A stretch of DNA of 51,202 bases from Woeseiaceae bacterium (GTDB taxonomy: Bacteria; Pseudomonadota; Gammaproteobacteria; Steroidobacterales; Woeseiaceae): the NCBI GenBank assembly GCA_041609735.1, contig JBFIQH010000001.1:1-51202 (forward strand). Direction: 5' to 3'. A program made the translations under genes and the position numbers. Shown piece by piece: positions 1-8,698 of this stretch. The notes beneath the pieces are model-generated. The model ran no database searches, was not told the origin of the DNA, and was given only the letters and a program-made list of their open reading frames with translations. Position 1 is the first letter of the stretch; every line of letters starts with the position of its first letter.

Positions 1-1
1 A

Positions 2-487
2 ATCTGCCTCGGTGCGCAACTGCTGGCTAAAGCGCTGGGCGGCACCGTCGAGCGAAACCCGCAGCGCGAAATCGGTTGGCATGACGTCGAACTGACGGCG
101 GCGGGCAGGGACGATCCGGTTCTGTCGACGTTTGCATTGCGGCAGCGTGTATTCCAGTGGCACGAAGACGGCATCGGCATCCCGGACGGCGTCGTGCACC
201 TTGCGCGATCGCCGTTGAGTCCGGTACAGGCCTTTCGCCACGGCGAGCACGCTTACGGATTCCAGTTTCACCTCGAGGTGAATGCATCGCTGATCGAGCG
301 CTGGCTGACGGTTCCGGACAACCAGGCCGTACTGCGTGACGAGGCCGGCAATGTCGACCCGGAACGAATTCGGGCGCAAACCCGTGACCAGATCGCGGCG
401 CTGGAAGCGCTTAGCAACGAAACGTTTTCACGCTGGATCGCACGCTTCGACACAAGCGGCCGACGCCGGGCGCTGCCGTCGCGATAA
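2..487 (+). CDS. class I glutamine amidotransferase-like protein, 5' end cut by window edge
   Basis: Frame is open from base 2. Translation starts ICLGAQLLAKALGG (G-x-C-x-G nucleophile elbow of GATase1) and contains FQFHLE (His/Glu triad region). Listed ORF 137..487 is its C-terminal part. Stop TAA 485-487. Confidence 0.75.
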   Translation: MCLGAQLLAKALGGTVERNPQREIGWHDVELTAAGRDDPVLSTFALRQRVFQWHEDGIGIPDGVVHLARSPLSPVQAFRHGEHAYGFQFHLEVNASLIERWLTVPDNQAVLRDEAGNVDPERIRAQTRDQIAALEALSNETFSRWIARFDTSGRRRALPSR

Positions 488-493
488 GGCGAC

Positions 494-1495
494 CTAGTAG
501 TCGAGCCACTCCAGCGGCGCTTCCTGCATCAAAGCGACCTGCTCGCGAAGCGACAGAACCTGCTCATCCCAGTACCGGCGGCTATTGAACCACGGGAAAG
601 CCTGCTTGAATGCCGGATCGTCCCAGCGGCGAGCGAGCCACGCCGAGTAGTGCAGCAGCCTTAAACTGCGTAGCGCTTCGACCAGGTGCAGCTCTCGTGC
701 ATCGAACCGGCGGAACTCCTGGTAGCCCTCGAGGATCGCCGCAAGCTGTGGCGTTTGTTCGTCGCGATTGCCGGACAGGAACATCCAAAGGTCCTGCACG
801 GCCGGCCCCGTGCGCGCGTCGTCGAGGTCCACGATGTGCAGCGCATCGCCGGCAACCAGCACGTTGCCGGGATGAAAGTCACCGTGCAGTCGAATTTCGC
901 GCACAGAACCCAGCCGCTCGTAACAATCCTCGACCCCGTCGATGACCAGTTCCGCGGTGCCCTCGTAAACGTCGCGCATTTCTTCCGGGATGAAATTTTC
1001 GGTCATCAGGTACTTGACGGAATCCCGCCCGTAAGTGTCGATAGCGATACGCGGGCGATGCCGGAATGTATCCGTCTCGCCTACGGTATGAATACGTGCG
1101 ACGAAGCGGCCGAGCTGCCGCTGCAGGTCGTAGTTGTCGAGATCCGGCGCGCGTCCTCCGCGACACGGATAGATCGCGAGCCGGAACGGGCCTGACGTGA
1201 ACAACGACTCGCCATCGATGACGATCGGCGCGATGACGGGAATGTCCTGTGCCGCAAGATCGGCGGCGAACCGGTGTTCCTCGACGATCGCTTTGTCGCT
1301 CCAGCGGCCCGGGCGGTAAAACTTGACGACAACGTCGTCACCGTTTTCCTGGCCGAGCTTGTAGACCCGGTTCTCGTAGCTGTTCAGCGCGAGCAAACGG
1401 CCATTGCAGATGAAGCCCAGCTCGTCGAGCGCATCAAAGATGTCGTCCGGCTGTAAATTCGTAAAGGCGAGGGTGAAGGAGTCGACGCGTGCCAT
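494..1495 (-). CDS. srkA: stress-response Ser/Thr kinase SrkA (YihE/RdoA family)
   Basis: ORF 494..1543 has motifs LNSYENRVYKL, VVKFYRPGRWS, HGDFHPGNVL and IVDLDD. Start placed at internal ATG 1495 (MARVDSFTLAFTNLQPDDIFDAL) by recalled N-terminal similarity to E. coli SrkA. Confidence 0.85.
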   Translation of the reverse strand: MARVDSFTLAFTNLQPDDIFDALDELGFICNGRLLALNSYENRVYKLGQENGDDVVVKFYRPGRWSDKAIVEEHRFAADLAAQDIPVIAPIVIDGESLFTSGPFRLAIYPCRGGRAPDLDNYDLQRQLGRFVARIHTVGETDTFRHRPRIAIDTYGRDSVKYLMTENFIPEEMRDVYEGTAELVIDGVEDCYERLGSVREIRLHGDFHPGNVLVAGDALHIVDLDDARTGPAVQDLWMFLSGNRDEQTPQLAAILEGYQEFRRFDARELHLVEALRSLRLLHYSAWLARRWDDPAFKQAFPWFNSRRYWDEQVLSLREQVALMQEAPLEWLDY

Positions 1496-1559
1496 TTGAT
1501 GAAATCGAAAGGGGAGGCGCATTATAGGGACTTCGCCTCGCAAATGGTTCGAACAGTCT

Positions 1560-1902
1560 GCAAAAGATCCTGCCGTCGCTCTTGTGTGCGGTTGCGGCCC
1601 GCGTGCCGACCATGCTGGAGCTGCCTATGCGGCAGAAATCGCCGCCTGGCGCGATGGCCGGCTCAGCTGCCTCAAAGCGTCGTTCGGCGACCTGAATCTC
1701 GTCGGGCTTTAGCGGCTCGAAGAGGAATGCGTGACCTTCGGTGGTGATGCCGGCAGCCAGCTGCGGTTGCCCGGCGTCGCCTGCTGGCTCGAATTTTCGA
1801 GTGGACCGACGCTGGCGTCAGACTAACCGTCGAAGACGACGTCGCCGCTTGCCGAAAGCGATTACCGCCGGCGAGAAGCTCGCGCCCGGGCTGTATGCCG
1901 GT
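1560..1902 (+). pseudogene. possible decayed DUF1684-like gene remnant
   Basis: The frame with codons starting at 1560 reads ...AVALVCGCGPRADHAGAAYAAEIAAWRDGRLSCLKASFGDLNLVGL*RLEEECVTFGGDAGSQLRLPG.... It has in-frame stops TAG 1710-1712 and TAA 1824-1826, and no ATG/GTG/TTG start in frame. The pattern WR..RL..L.A..G.L.LVGL..L......FG......L.LP matches my recollection of DUF1684 N-termini. Confidence 0.35.
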
Positions 1903-3144
1903 TCAGGCTGAGTGGTCGAGAACGTCGAACGTCAGTCCTGCACTTTGCTGCAGTCTCGAAAGTAGCGCATCGCCCATGGCAACGGCTGGCGTAAGGATGC
2001 CGCCCGGCGACGGCAGCTCGTCCTTCGCCAGGCATACTGCGCATTCTGACAGCATCTTGCTTGTCGAGCCGTAGCCCGGGTCCCGGTCCCCGGTGGTCTT
2101 GCCACGGATGACCGTGCCGTCGGCAAGTACGCCCCAGGTTCTGAGGTCGAAAAAACCGTTTTCTCGGGCTTCTTCATCCGGGCCTTCGCCGGGCGCCGGC
2201 AGCACGAAGCGCTCAAGGGCGCTGCGCGACAGGTCGAACGCGGCGGCCGCGACGAATGCGCCGATGCCGGCTGTCAACATGTTCGCTTTGACGCGACCGG
2301 CGGCACCGCGGCCGGCCACGACGGCTTCGTGATAGCGGAATTCCCGGCCATACGGATAGCCCTGCAGGGCATGGCTGCGCCGCACTACCCGGGTATTGAT
2401 GCCGGCCATGACGAACGGCGCCGTCCAGTAGCCCGAGGCGTCGTGGAGTTCCGCGCTTTTCTGATCGCGTCGCTCCGGCCCTTCGCGTTCGCCCGGCGGG
2501 TTCAACGTATACGGATTCGCAAGCGCACGAGCGATACTGCGGTCGGCACGGCTTTCCCGGATGATGTTTAGCATGCTGGCAAACGTGCCGCCGCTGGCGC
2601 CGCCTTTCATGGCTTTGACCAGCATCGTAATCGAGCGGCAATAGTTGCCATGGCGTGCCTTCGCTTGCTGCTGCAGGTACCAGACGCTCATGTCCGAGGG
2701 CACCGAGTCGAAACCGCAGCAGTGCACGATGCGCGCACCGGATGCCGCGGCTGCATCGTGATGCTCGTCAATCATTTTCTGTATCCACTGTGCTTCGCCG
2801 GCGAGGTCGCAGTAATGCGTCGCGTTGCGCACGCAGGCTGAGACCAACTTGCTGCCGTATTTCGCATACGGGCCTACCGTCGTGAGAACGACCCGCGTGC
2901 GGCGAGCCAGTGCATCGAGCGATGACTCGTCGTTGCTGTCAGCGAGGATCGTCGCCAACGACGCCGCGCCGGCCCCGAGCGATTCCTTGAGCCCCATGAG
3001 TTTTTCCTCGTCCCGCGCCGCGAGCGCCCAGCGCACACTGCCGGCGGCGCCGTAAGCATCGAGCAGGTATTTCGCAACAAGGGAACCGGTGAACCCGGTT
3101 GCGCCCCAGACAACGACGTCGAATTCGCGCGTTTCATTCATCAA
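1903..3144 (-). CDS. saccharopine dehydrogenase family NAD(P)-binding protein
   Basis: 413-aa ORF with N-terminal Rossmann motif VVVWGATGFTGSLVAKYL and overall resemblance to saccharopine-dehydrogenase-like oxidoreductases. 4-nt overlap with the upstream GNAT gene. Confidence 0.8.
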   Translation of the reverse strand: MMNETREFDVVVWGATGFTGSLVAKYLLDAYGAAGSVRWALAARDEEKLMGLKESLGAGAASLATILADSNDESSLDALARRTRVVLTTVGPYAKYGSKLVSACVRNATHYCDLAGEAQWIQKMIDEHHDAAAASGARIVHCCGFDSVPSDMSVWYLQQQAKARHGNYCRSITMLVKAMKGGASGGTFASMLNIIRESRADRSIARALANPYTLNPPGEREGPERRDQKSAELHDASGYWTAPFVMAGINTRVVRRSHALQGYPYGREFRYHEAVVAGRGAAGRVKANMLTAGIGAFVAAAAFDLSRSALERFVLPAPGEGPDEEARENGFFDLRTWGVLADGTVIRGKTTGDRDPGYGSTSKMLSECAVCLAKDELPSPGGILTPAVAMGDALLSRLQQSAGLTFDVLDHSA

Positions 3145-3629
3145 AGCTTCTTCTCCAGCAGCGCAACCTGTTTGGCGCCGCCCTCGGTGGCCTGTGTGCC
3201 TACCTGGCGAAAGCCCAGGCGGCGGTGAAATATCATTGACGATTCGTTGGGCGGTTTCAGGTTGACTTCGCAGGTCATAACGCCAACCGTGGCCGGCAAC
3301 GTTGACCGGAAATCGTCGTAAAGCCGCGTCGCGAGTCCGTGACGCCGCGCATTGATCGCGACCGCGACGCGATCGATGTAACCGAAATCGTCATAGTTTT
3401 GACAAAACCAGGCGTAGTTGGGGCTGTCATAGCCGGTGCCGGGCCGCATGCCGATCAGGAAAGCGCCCAGCACATCGCCGTCGACGCAAACGCGAAAGTA
3501 CGTGGCATTGTCGGCGAACCAGCGCATTTTTTCGATCGACAGGCTATTGACGGCCGGCGTCGACGCCTCGTTGAGACTGAGTACGGCATCAAGCTCGTCA
3601 TGAAGGACGTCGCGTATCGTGTAGCTCAC
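3141..3629 (-). CDS. GNAT family N-acetyltransferase
   Basis: 162-aa ORF with a GNAT motif-A-like stretch, IDRVAVAINARRHGLATRLY (R-x-x-G-x-A). Its stop overlaps the start of the downstream dehydrogenase gene (ATGA). Confidence 0.75.
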   Translation of the reverse strand: MSYTIRDVLHDELDAVLSLNEASTPAVNSLSIEKMRWFADNATYFRVCVDGDVLGAFLIGMRPGTGYDSPNYAWFCQNYDDFGYIDRVAVAINARRHGLATRLYDDFRSTLPATVGVMTCEVNLKPPNESSMIFHRRLGFRQVGTQATEGGAKQVALLEKKL

Positions 3630-3861
3630 CGGACGAGTGTAGGTGGAATCGCCGCAACCCGCAAAAGCCGGGTGTCGTCGCGCGGCGTATTTGTCTATAC
3701 TCTGCCGAAACGGCGTTCGGCGTCAGTCGAAATCCAAGACCGTTTGCTTGACCGATTTGAAAATCGCATTACTCGCCAGGTACCGAGCACTGCCAGCCCG
3801 CTGACAGCGTTCGATTGCGAATCCATTGATCATCGGGGCACGATCCCTTAAGGAAGAAACC

Positions 3862-5598
3862 ATGCCACTTACAGTACTTCGTCGGGCCGGCGCGCTCGTT
3901 GTCTTGTCATTCATCAGTCTCGTTGCCTGCAAGGAAGGTGGCTCCACGGACGATTTCGCCGCCGAGGACGACCTGCTGCGATTCGTGCCGGCAGATACGC
4001 CGTACCTGTTTGCGACCGGGGCGCCGCTGCCGGACGACCTGCTCGACAAGTTCGAGCCGCGCGTCGACAAGGTCTTGCAGTCGTACCAGATCGTCGTTCG
4101 GGAGGTAGCCCGTTCCGCGATGGCCAAGAACGCCGACACGAAGGATCCGGCTGAGCTCGCGCGCATGTCCGCAATCGTAGATGAGCTTACAACGCTCTTG
4201 TCAATCGATGGCATGCGTTCGGCAGGGTTCGAGCGGGATTCGAGTGTGGTTTTCTTCGGTAACGGATTGCTGCCCGTCATGCGTATTTCGCTCAGCGATC
4301 CGAAGCTGTTCGACGCGGCGATTGCGCGGATCGAGGCGGCTGCGGATGCATCAATGGACATCGGTGAAATCGACGGCAAGCCGTATCGATACGTTGGCGA
4401 CGACGAAGGTAGCCTCGTCATTGCGACGCTCGAGGACAACGCAGTGTTTGCGTTCGTACCGGGCAACTTCGGCGATGCCGAAAAACGTGAGCTGCTGGGG
4501 CTGACGCTGCCGGCCAAGAATATCGCGACGACCACCATCCTGTCGGACATTGCAAGCACTTACGACTTTACCGCTCATTACATCGGATTCGTCGACACGC
4601 AACGTATAGCATCCGCCTTTGTCGACGGCCCTACCGGACTCGACGTGGCGTTGTTCGACGCCATGGACGGTGAAACCCCAGATTTGTCGGCGGTCTGCAA
4701 GCAGGAAATGCGCGAGGTCGCCGGCATCATGCCGCGTCTGGTTTTCGGCTACGACGAGGTCAGCGAGGAGGCGATGAGCGGCAGCTTCGTTTTCGAATTG
4801 CGCCAGGACATCGCGAAAGGACTGATGCCGATTTCGGCTCTGGTGCCGGGCCTCGGTGTCGACGCGGGCGGACTCCTGTCGATGGGCTTTAGCTTCAATC
4901 TCCTCGAGATTCGCAATTTTTACGAAGGCCGGCTGGACGCGATGGAGAACGACCCTTACGAATGCGAGTATTTTGCCGAGCTGCAGGCGGGCGTCGCGAA
5001 AGGTCGCGAGATACTGAACCAGCCGGTACCACCGTTCGTGTACAGCATGCGTGGTTTCAACGCGATCGTCGACGATATCGGCGATTTCGACCTGGCCAGC
5101 AATCAGCCGCCGGAGGACATCGATGCGAGCCTGGTGTTTGCGATGGACGACGCGCAGACGATGGTTGCGATGGGCGCCATGTTCAGCCCGGAGCTGGCGA
5201 ACCTGAACCTGCAGCCGGATGGCAAGGCCGTGCTGATCGATGTCGCACAGGTCAGGGCGACCGGCAAGGATGTGTATGCAGCGATGATCGAGGATGCGCT
5301 TGCTATTTCTATTGGCGCGAATGCCGAGAGCCGGGTGGCGTCCGTTTTGACTGCACGATCGGCCGAGCCGCCGCCGGTGTTCAGCATGACGATGGATGCG
5401 GGTCGTTATTACTCGCTGATCGGCGAGACGATGGTGCTCGAGCAGGACGAGGAGGCCGCCGAGCTGTCGCTCGAGGCCCGCGAAGCGCTGCGCGATGCGA
5501 TGCTCGCCATCGGCGAGCTGTATGATCGCATGGCTGTCGATCTGCGATTCACCGCGAATGGCGCCGAGTTCGATTCGCGCGTCACGCTGAAAGACTGA
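3862..5598 (+). CDS. hypothetical lipoprotein (acidic, Ala-rich, ~578 aa)
   Basis: ORF 3826..5598. Start moved to ATG 3862, which has AAGGAAG about 8 nt upstream. N-terminus MPLTVLRRAGALVVLSFISLVAC is a signal peptide with lipobox L-V-A-C. I recognise no family. Confidence 0.7.
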   Translation: MPLTVLRRAGALVVLSFISLVACKEGGSTDDFAAEDDLLRFVPADTPYLFATGAPLPDDLLDKFEPRVDKVLQSYQIVVREVARSAMAKNADTKDPAELARMSAIVDELTTLLSIDGMRSAGFERDSSVVFFGNGLLPVMRISLSDPKLFDAAIARIEAAADASMDIGEIDGKPYRYVGDDEGSLVIATLEDNAVFAFVPGNFGDAEKRELLGLTLPAKNIATTTILSDIASTYDFTAHYIGFVDTQRIASAFVDGPTGLDVALFDAMDGETPDLSAVCKQEMREVAGIMPRLVFGYDEVSEEAMSGSFVFELRQDIAKGLMPISALVPGLGVDAGGLLSMGFSFNLLEIRNFYEGRLDAMENDPYECEYFAELQAGVAKGREILNQPVPPFVYSMRGFNAIVDDIGDFDLASNQPPEDIDASLVFAMDDAQTMVAMGAMFSPELANLNLQPDGKAVLIDVAQVRATGKDVYAAMIEDALAISIGANAESRVASVLTARSAEPPPVFSMTMDAGRYYSLIGETMVLEQDEEAAELSLEAREALRDAMLAIGELYDRMAVDLRFTANGAEFDSRVTLKD

Positions 5599-5607
5599 GG
5601 GGGCCAA

Positions 5608-6153
5608 ATGTCTAAGACAAAGATCGCCAGCCTGCTTCTGCTGGTTTCGGCAGCGGCGCTGGCGGATGACAATGCCGCTGCGGTCGTCGATTCGCTGCAT
5701 GTCGAGTCATCGGAGGTCAAAGCGGCAGGGCAGGTTCGACCGGTCGGCGGAATAACATCCTCCGGCCAGCCGGACGAGCGCGCGCTGCAAGTTTATGCGG
5801 ACAGCGGTTACCGCGCGGTCATCGACCTGCGAGGTGCTGCGGAATCGCGCGGGCTCGACGAAGCATCGGTCGTTGAAAGCCTCGGCATGTCCTACGTGCC
5901 GTTCCCGATCAGCGGCGCCGAGGCGATCAATTTTGACAATGCGGCGAAGCTGACGGCGCTGATCGAGGCACAGGACGGCCCGGTGCTCGTCCACTGCGGT
6001 AGCGGCAATCGCGTGGGCGCGCTGCTGGCACTCGCCAAGGCGCTGGATGGCGCGGATGCCGAACAGGCGATAGCGGCCGGCCGGGAAGGCGGTTTGAGCC
6101 GGCTGGAGCCGGTCGTTCGTGAACGTCTCGCCGAGCGCGAGAAAAACGAGTAA
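5608..6153 (+). CDS. exported DUF442/TIGR01244-like (phosphatase or sulfur-transferase-like) protein
   Basis: Signal peptide MSKTKIASLLLLVSAAALA. Motif GPVLVHCGSGNRVGAL (Cys-x4-Arg P-loop) as in the DUF442 family. GGGGG Shine-Dalgarno upstream. 9-nt gap after the lipoprotein gene suggests one operon. Confidence 0.7.
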   Translation: MSKTKIASLLLLVSAAALADDNAAAVVDSLHVESSEVKAAGQVRPVGGITSSGQPDERALQVYADSGYRAVIDLRGAAESRGLDEASVVESLGMSYVPFPISGAEAINFDNAAKLTALIEAQDGPVLVHCGSGNRVGALLALAKALDGADAEQAIAAGREGGLSRLEPVVRERLAEREKNE

Positions 6154-6163
6154 GACTGCCGGG

Positions 6164-6198
6164 AAAAAAAACGGCCGCCCAAAAGGCGGCCGTTTTCA
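6164..6198. terminator. bidirectional rho-independent terminator between the DUF442 gene and ssrA
   Basis: AAAAAAAA-ACGGCCGCC-caaaa-GGCGGCCGT-TTTT: a 9-bp GC stem flanked by an A-run and a T-run, so it is usable from either strand. Confidence 0.65.
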
Positions 6199-6201
6199 CA
6201 T

Positions 6202-6565
6202 TGGTGGAGGTGGCGAGAATCGAACTCGCGTCCGCAAGCCCTCTGCTTTGAGCTCTACATGCTTATACCGTCTTTAGATCTCGCTGGCGGCTACCCGACG
6301 GGCAGGGAAGACCGACAGCCAGTTCGGTAAGGATTTAACGGATCCGGCCCCGAACGAGCCATCACCGCGGTTCCGTGTGGATGACTCCCGGGACCCGAAC
6401 GCACGGACACGTATCGGCCGGAAGGCACTAACGCTGGTTTTTAAGCAGCGAGTGCGTAGTTGTCGTCGTTGGCAACTATAGGTTTTACAGGTGGATTTAC
6501 GAGGTGATCTGTCCCTCGGCATGCACTCAAAGGTTCGCGACCCACGTCGAAGCCATGTCACCCCC
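6202..6565 (-). ncRNA. ssrA: tmRNA (SsrA)
   Basis: The minus strand reads 5' GGGGGTGACATGGCTTCGACGTGGGTCGCGAACC ... GCGAGTTCGATTCTCGCCACCTCCACCA 3' (tRNA-Ala-like acceptor/T-arm with CCA). The tag reading frame at 6441..6473 encodes ANDDNYALAA followed by TAA. It lies immediately downstream of smpB. Confidence 0.95.
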
Positions 6566-6575
6566 AAGAGTGTCC

Positions 6576-6603
6576 AGTGTAGGGGCGGCTACAGAAAATA
6601 CAA
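6576..6603 (-). promoter_or_regulatory. candidate sigma70 promoter for ssrA
   Basis: Minus strand: TTGTAT (6603..6598), 16-nt spacer, TACACT (6581..6576), about 10 nt before the mature tmRNA 5' end. Matches are weak. Confidence 0.3.
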
Positions 6604-6679
6604 TGACCCCGCTCCCGGAATGCGCGCAGCTCGTAAGCAGTATTTACTTTAATTAAATAAAATAAAATATTGTTTTAAT

Positions 6680-7153
6680 TCAGCTTTTTAATATGCGTTC
6701 CTTTTGGCGTTGCCAGTCCTGTTCCTTCTTCGCCGCGCGTTTGTCATGCTGCTTCTTGCCCTTCGCGAGCCCGATCTCGAGCTTGGCGCGGCCTTTCGAC
6801 CAGTGCAGGTCCAGCGGCACCAGCGCATAGCCCTTACGTTCGACCTGTCCGGTCAGCCGATCGAGTTCGCGCCGATGCAATAGCAGCTTGCGACTGCGGG
6901 TGGGGTCGGCCCGGACGTGTGACGAAGTGGTCGTCAAAGGCGAAAAATGTGCACCGATCAGCCAGGCCTCGCCGTTCTTGACGTGTACATAGGCCTCGGT
7001 CAGCTGCGCGCGTGCAGCACGCAGGCTTTTCGCTTCCCAACCCTCGAGCGCAAGGCCCGCCTCGAACGTATCCTCGATGAAATAGTCGTGGCGCGCGCGC
7101 CGATTGACGGCGATGACCCGGTTTTTCGGTTTGTCGGACTTTTTCGTGGTCAT
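6680..7153 (-). CDS. smpB: SsrA-binding protein SmpB
   Basis: 157-aa [32 protein letters not shown], typical SmpB. Adjacent to ssrA. Confidence 0.95.
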   Translation of the reverse strand: MTTKKSDKPKNRVIAVNRRARHDYFIEDTFEAGLALEGWEAKSLRAARAQLTEAYVHVKNGEAWLIGAHFSPLTTTSSHVRADPTRSRKLLLHRRELDRLTGQVERKGYALVPLDLHWSKGRAKLEIGLAKGKKQHDKRAAKKEQDWQRQKERILKS

Positions 7154-7234
7154 CGCTACAGTTGGGAGTCGCTCGGCGGGCGACGCATTATACGGATTCC
7201 GCGGACCACGACAGCGTACAGACGCCCGATATTA

Positions 7235-7263
7235 TTGTCAGTCTGCTCGATTTATACGAGAAT
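7235..7263 (+). promoter_or_regulatory. candidate sigma70 promoter for the SNF transporter gene
   Basis: TTGTCA (7235-7240), 17-nt spacer, GAGAAT (7258-7263), about 30 nt upstream of ATG 7294. Confidence 0.35.
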
Positions 7264-7293
7264 CGCCGCTTTCAGCGCCCTGAGAGAATAAGA

Positions 7294-8664
7294 ATGCTGA
7301 GTCATCAGTCGCAGGACGGGGGCAAACGGACCTCTTTGCACGGCCACTGGTCGTCGCGCATGGCCTTCATCTTCGCGGTGACCGGATCCGCGGTGGGCCT
7401 TGGCAATATCTGGAAATTTCCGTATGTGGCCGGCGAGAACGGCGGTGGCGCGTTCGTGCTGGTTTATTTGTTCTGCGTCGTGCTGATCGGCATGCCGGTC
7501 ATGATGTCCGAAATCCTCATCGGCCGGCGCGGAAGACGCAACCCGATCGCGACGATGGCGCTGCTCGGGCAGGAGGAGGGGCACTCGCGTCACTGGCAGT
7601 GGGTCGGCGCTCTCGGGGTCATTGGCGGTGTACTGATTCTTTCGTATTACAGTGTCATCGCGGGCTGGGTGCTTGCCTACGTGGTCAAGAGCGCCAGCGG
7701 CGTATTCGCCGGTGCGTCTCCCGAACAGGTCTCAGAAATATTTGCCGAGTACTCGGGTAGCTGGACGGCGGTCGCCATCAGCCACACGGCGTTCATGGCC
7801 GTGACGATTTTCGTCGTGGCGCGTGGCGTCGAACGCGGCCTCGAGCAGGCGGTGCGACTGATGGTACCCGCATTGCTGCTGTTGTTGCTGTTGCTGCTGG
7901 GCTACGCAATGAGTTCGGGGTATTTCATGGCCGGGGTGGAATTCATGTTCACCCCCGATTGGGAGAAGCTGACCTGGAACAGTGTCCTGGTCGCGCTGGG
8001 GCAGGCGTTTTTCACGCTCAGTATCGGCATGGGCGCGATCATGGCCTACGGTGCCTACCTGCCCGAGGAAACCTCGATTACCAGTGCGTCTGGCGCTGTG
8101 GTCGCAGCCGATACCGGGATCGCGATGCTTGCGGGCCTCGTCATTTTTCCCCTGGTGTTCGCTAACGGGCTAAGCCCGGATGAAGGCGCGGGCCTCGTGT
8201 TCGAAACGCTGCCGCTGGCCTTCGGCAAGATGGCAGCCGGGACCGTGTTTGCGACGGTGTTTTTCGTCTTGCTGTCGTTTGCGGCGTGGACCTCGGCCAT
8301 CGGCCTCGTCGAGCCGTCGGTCGCGTGGCTCGTCGAGCAGTTTGGCCGCACCCGCGCGCAGGCGACCATCATCATCGGCATCATTATCTGGGGTGTCGGA
8401 CTCGGTTCGGTACTGTCATTCAACGTGTTGGCCGACTTCATCGTCTTCGATCGAACGATATTCGGTAACGTCGACTATCTGACCAGCAACATCATGCTGC
8501 CGCTGGGCGGCCTGTTGATTACGGTCTTCGCCGGCTGGGTCATGTGCCGCAATTCATCGGCCGACGAGCTTGGCGGGGCGGGCGCCGCCTACAAGGCCTG
8601 GCGCGTGCTCGCGCGCTTCCTGGCACCGATTGGTATCCTGATCATTCTCGTCAACAATATCTGA
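7294..8664 (+). CDS. sodium-dependent transporter, neurotransmitter:sodium symporter (SNF) family
   Basis: ORF 7162..8664. Start moved to ATG 7294 (MLSHQSQ...). Motif FAVTGSAVGLGNIWKFPY and a multi-TM hydrophobic profile. Confidence 0.85.
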   Translation: MLSHQSQDGGKRTSLHGHWSSRMAFIFAVTGSAVGLGNIWKFPYVAGENGGGAFVLVYLFCVVLIGMPVMMSEILIGRRGRRNPIATMALLGQEEGHSRHWQWVGALGVIGGVLILSYYSVIAGWVLAYVVKSASGVFAGASPEQVSEIFAEYSGSWTAVAISHTAFMAVTIFVVARGVERGLEQAVRLMVPALLLLLLLLLGYAMSSGYFMAGVEFMFTPDWEKLTWNSVLVALGQAFFTLSIGMGAIMAYGAYLPEETSITSASGAVVAADTGIAMLAGLVIFPLVFANGLSPDEGAGLVFETLPLAFGKMAAGTVFATVFFVLLSFAAWTSAIGLVEPSVAWLVEQFGRTRAQATIIIGIIIWGVGLGSVLSFNVLADFIVFDRTIFGNVDYLTSNIMLPLGGLLITVFAGWVMCRNSSADELGGAGAAYKAWRVLARFLAPIGILIILVNNI

Positions 8665-8698
8665 CGCCGCTCGGCGTCGCCGGGGCCAGACACGCACC

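Noticed and set aside
1496-1747. 83-aa Arg/Cys-rich ORF
   Set aside because: Implausible composition. It is an alternative frame of the DUF1684-like remnant and overlaps the srkA promoter region.
4351-5700. 449-aa ORF antisense to the lipoprotein gene (also 3723..4559, Ser-rich)
   Set aside because: The sense-strand ORF has a signal peptide, lipobox and a good Shine-Dalgarno. The antisense translations are low-complexity.
3630-6201. Genomic island integrated at the 3' end of ssrA
   Set aside because: I could find no integrase, no phage or transposon genes, and no direct repeat of the ssrA 3' end. The flanking genes look like ordinary chromosomal genes.
6274-6567. 97-aa ORF on the minus strand
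   Set aside because: It coincides with the tmRNA gene. The only real coding part there is the 10-codon tag ORF.
7873-7899. Run of nine consecutive Leu codons (TTG/CTG) in the SNF transporter as a possible slippage tract
   Set aside because: The codons are mixed rather than a perfect trinucleotide repeat. The run lies in a transmembrane helix, and any slippage would be in-frame. Most likely ordinary hydrophobic sequence.
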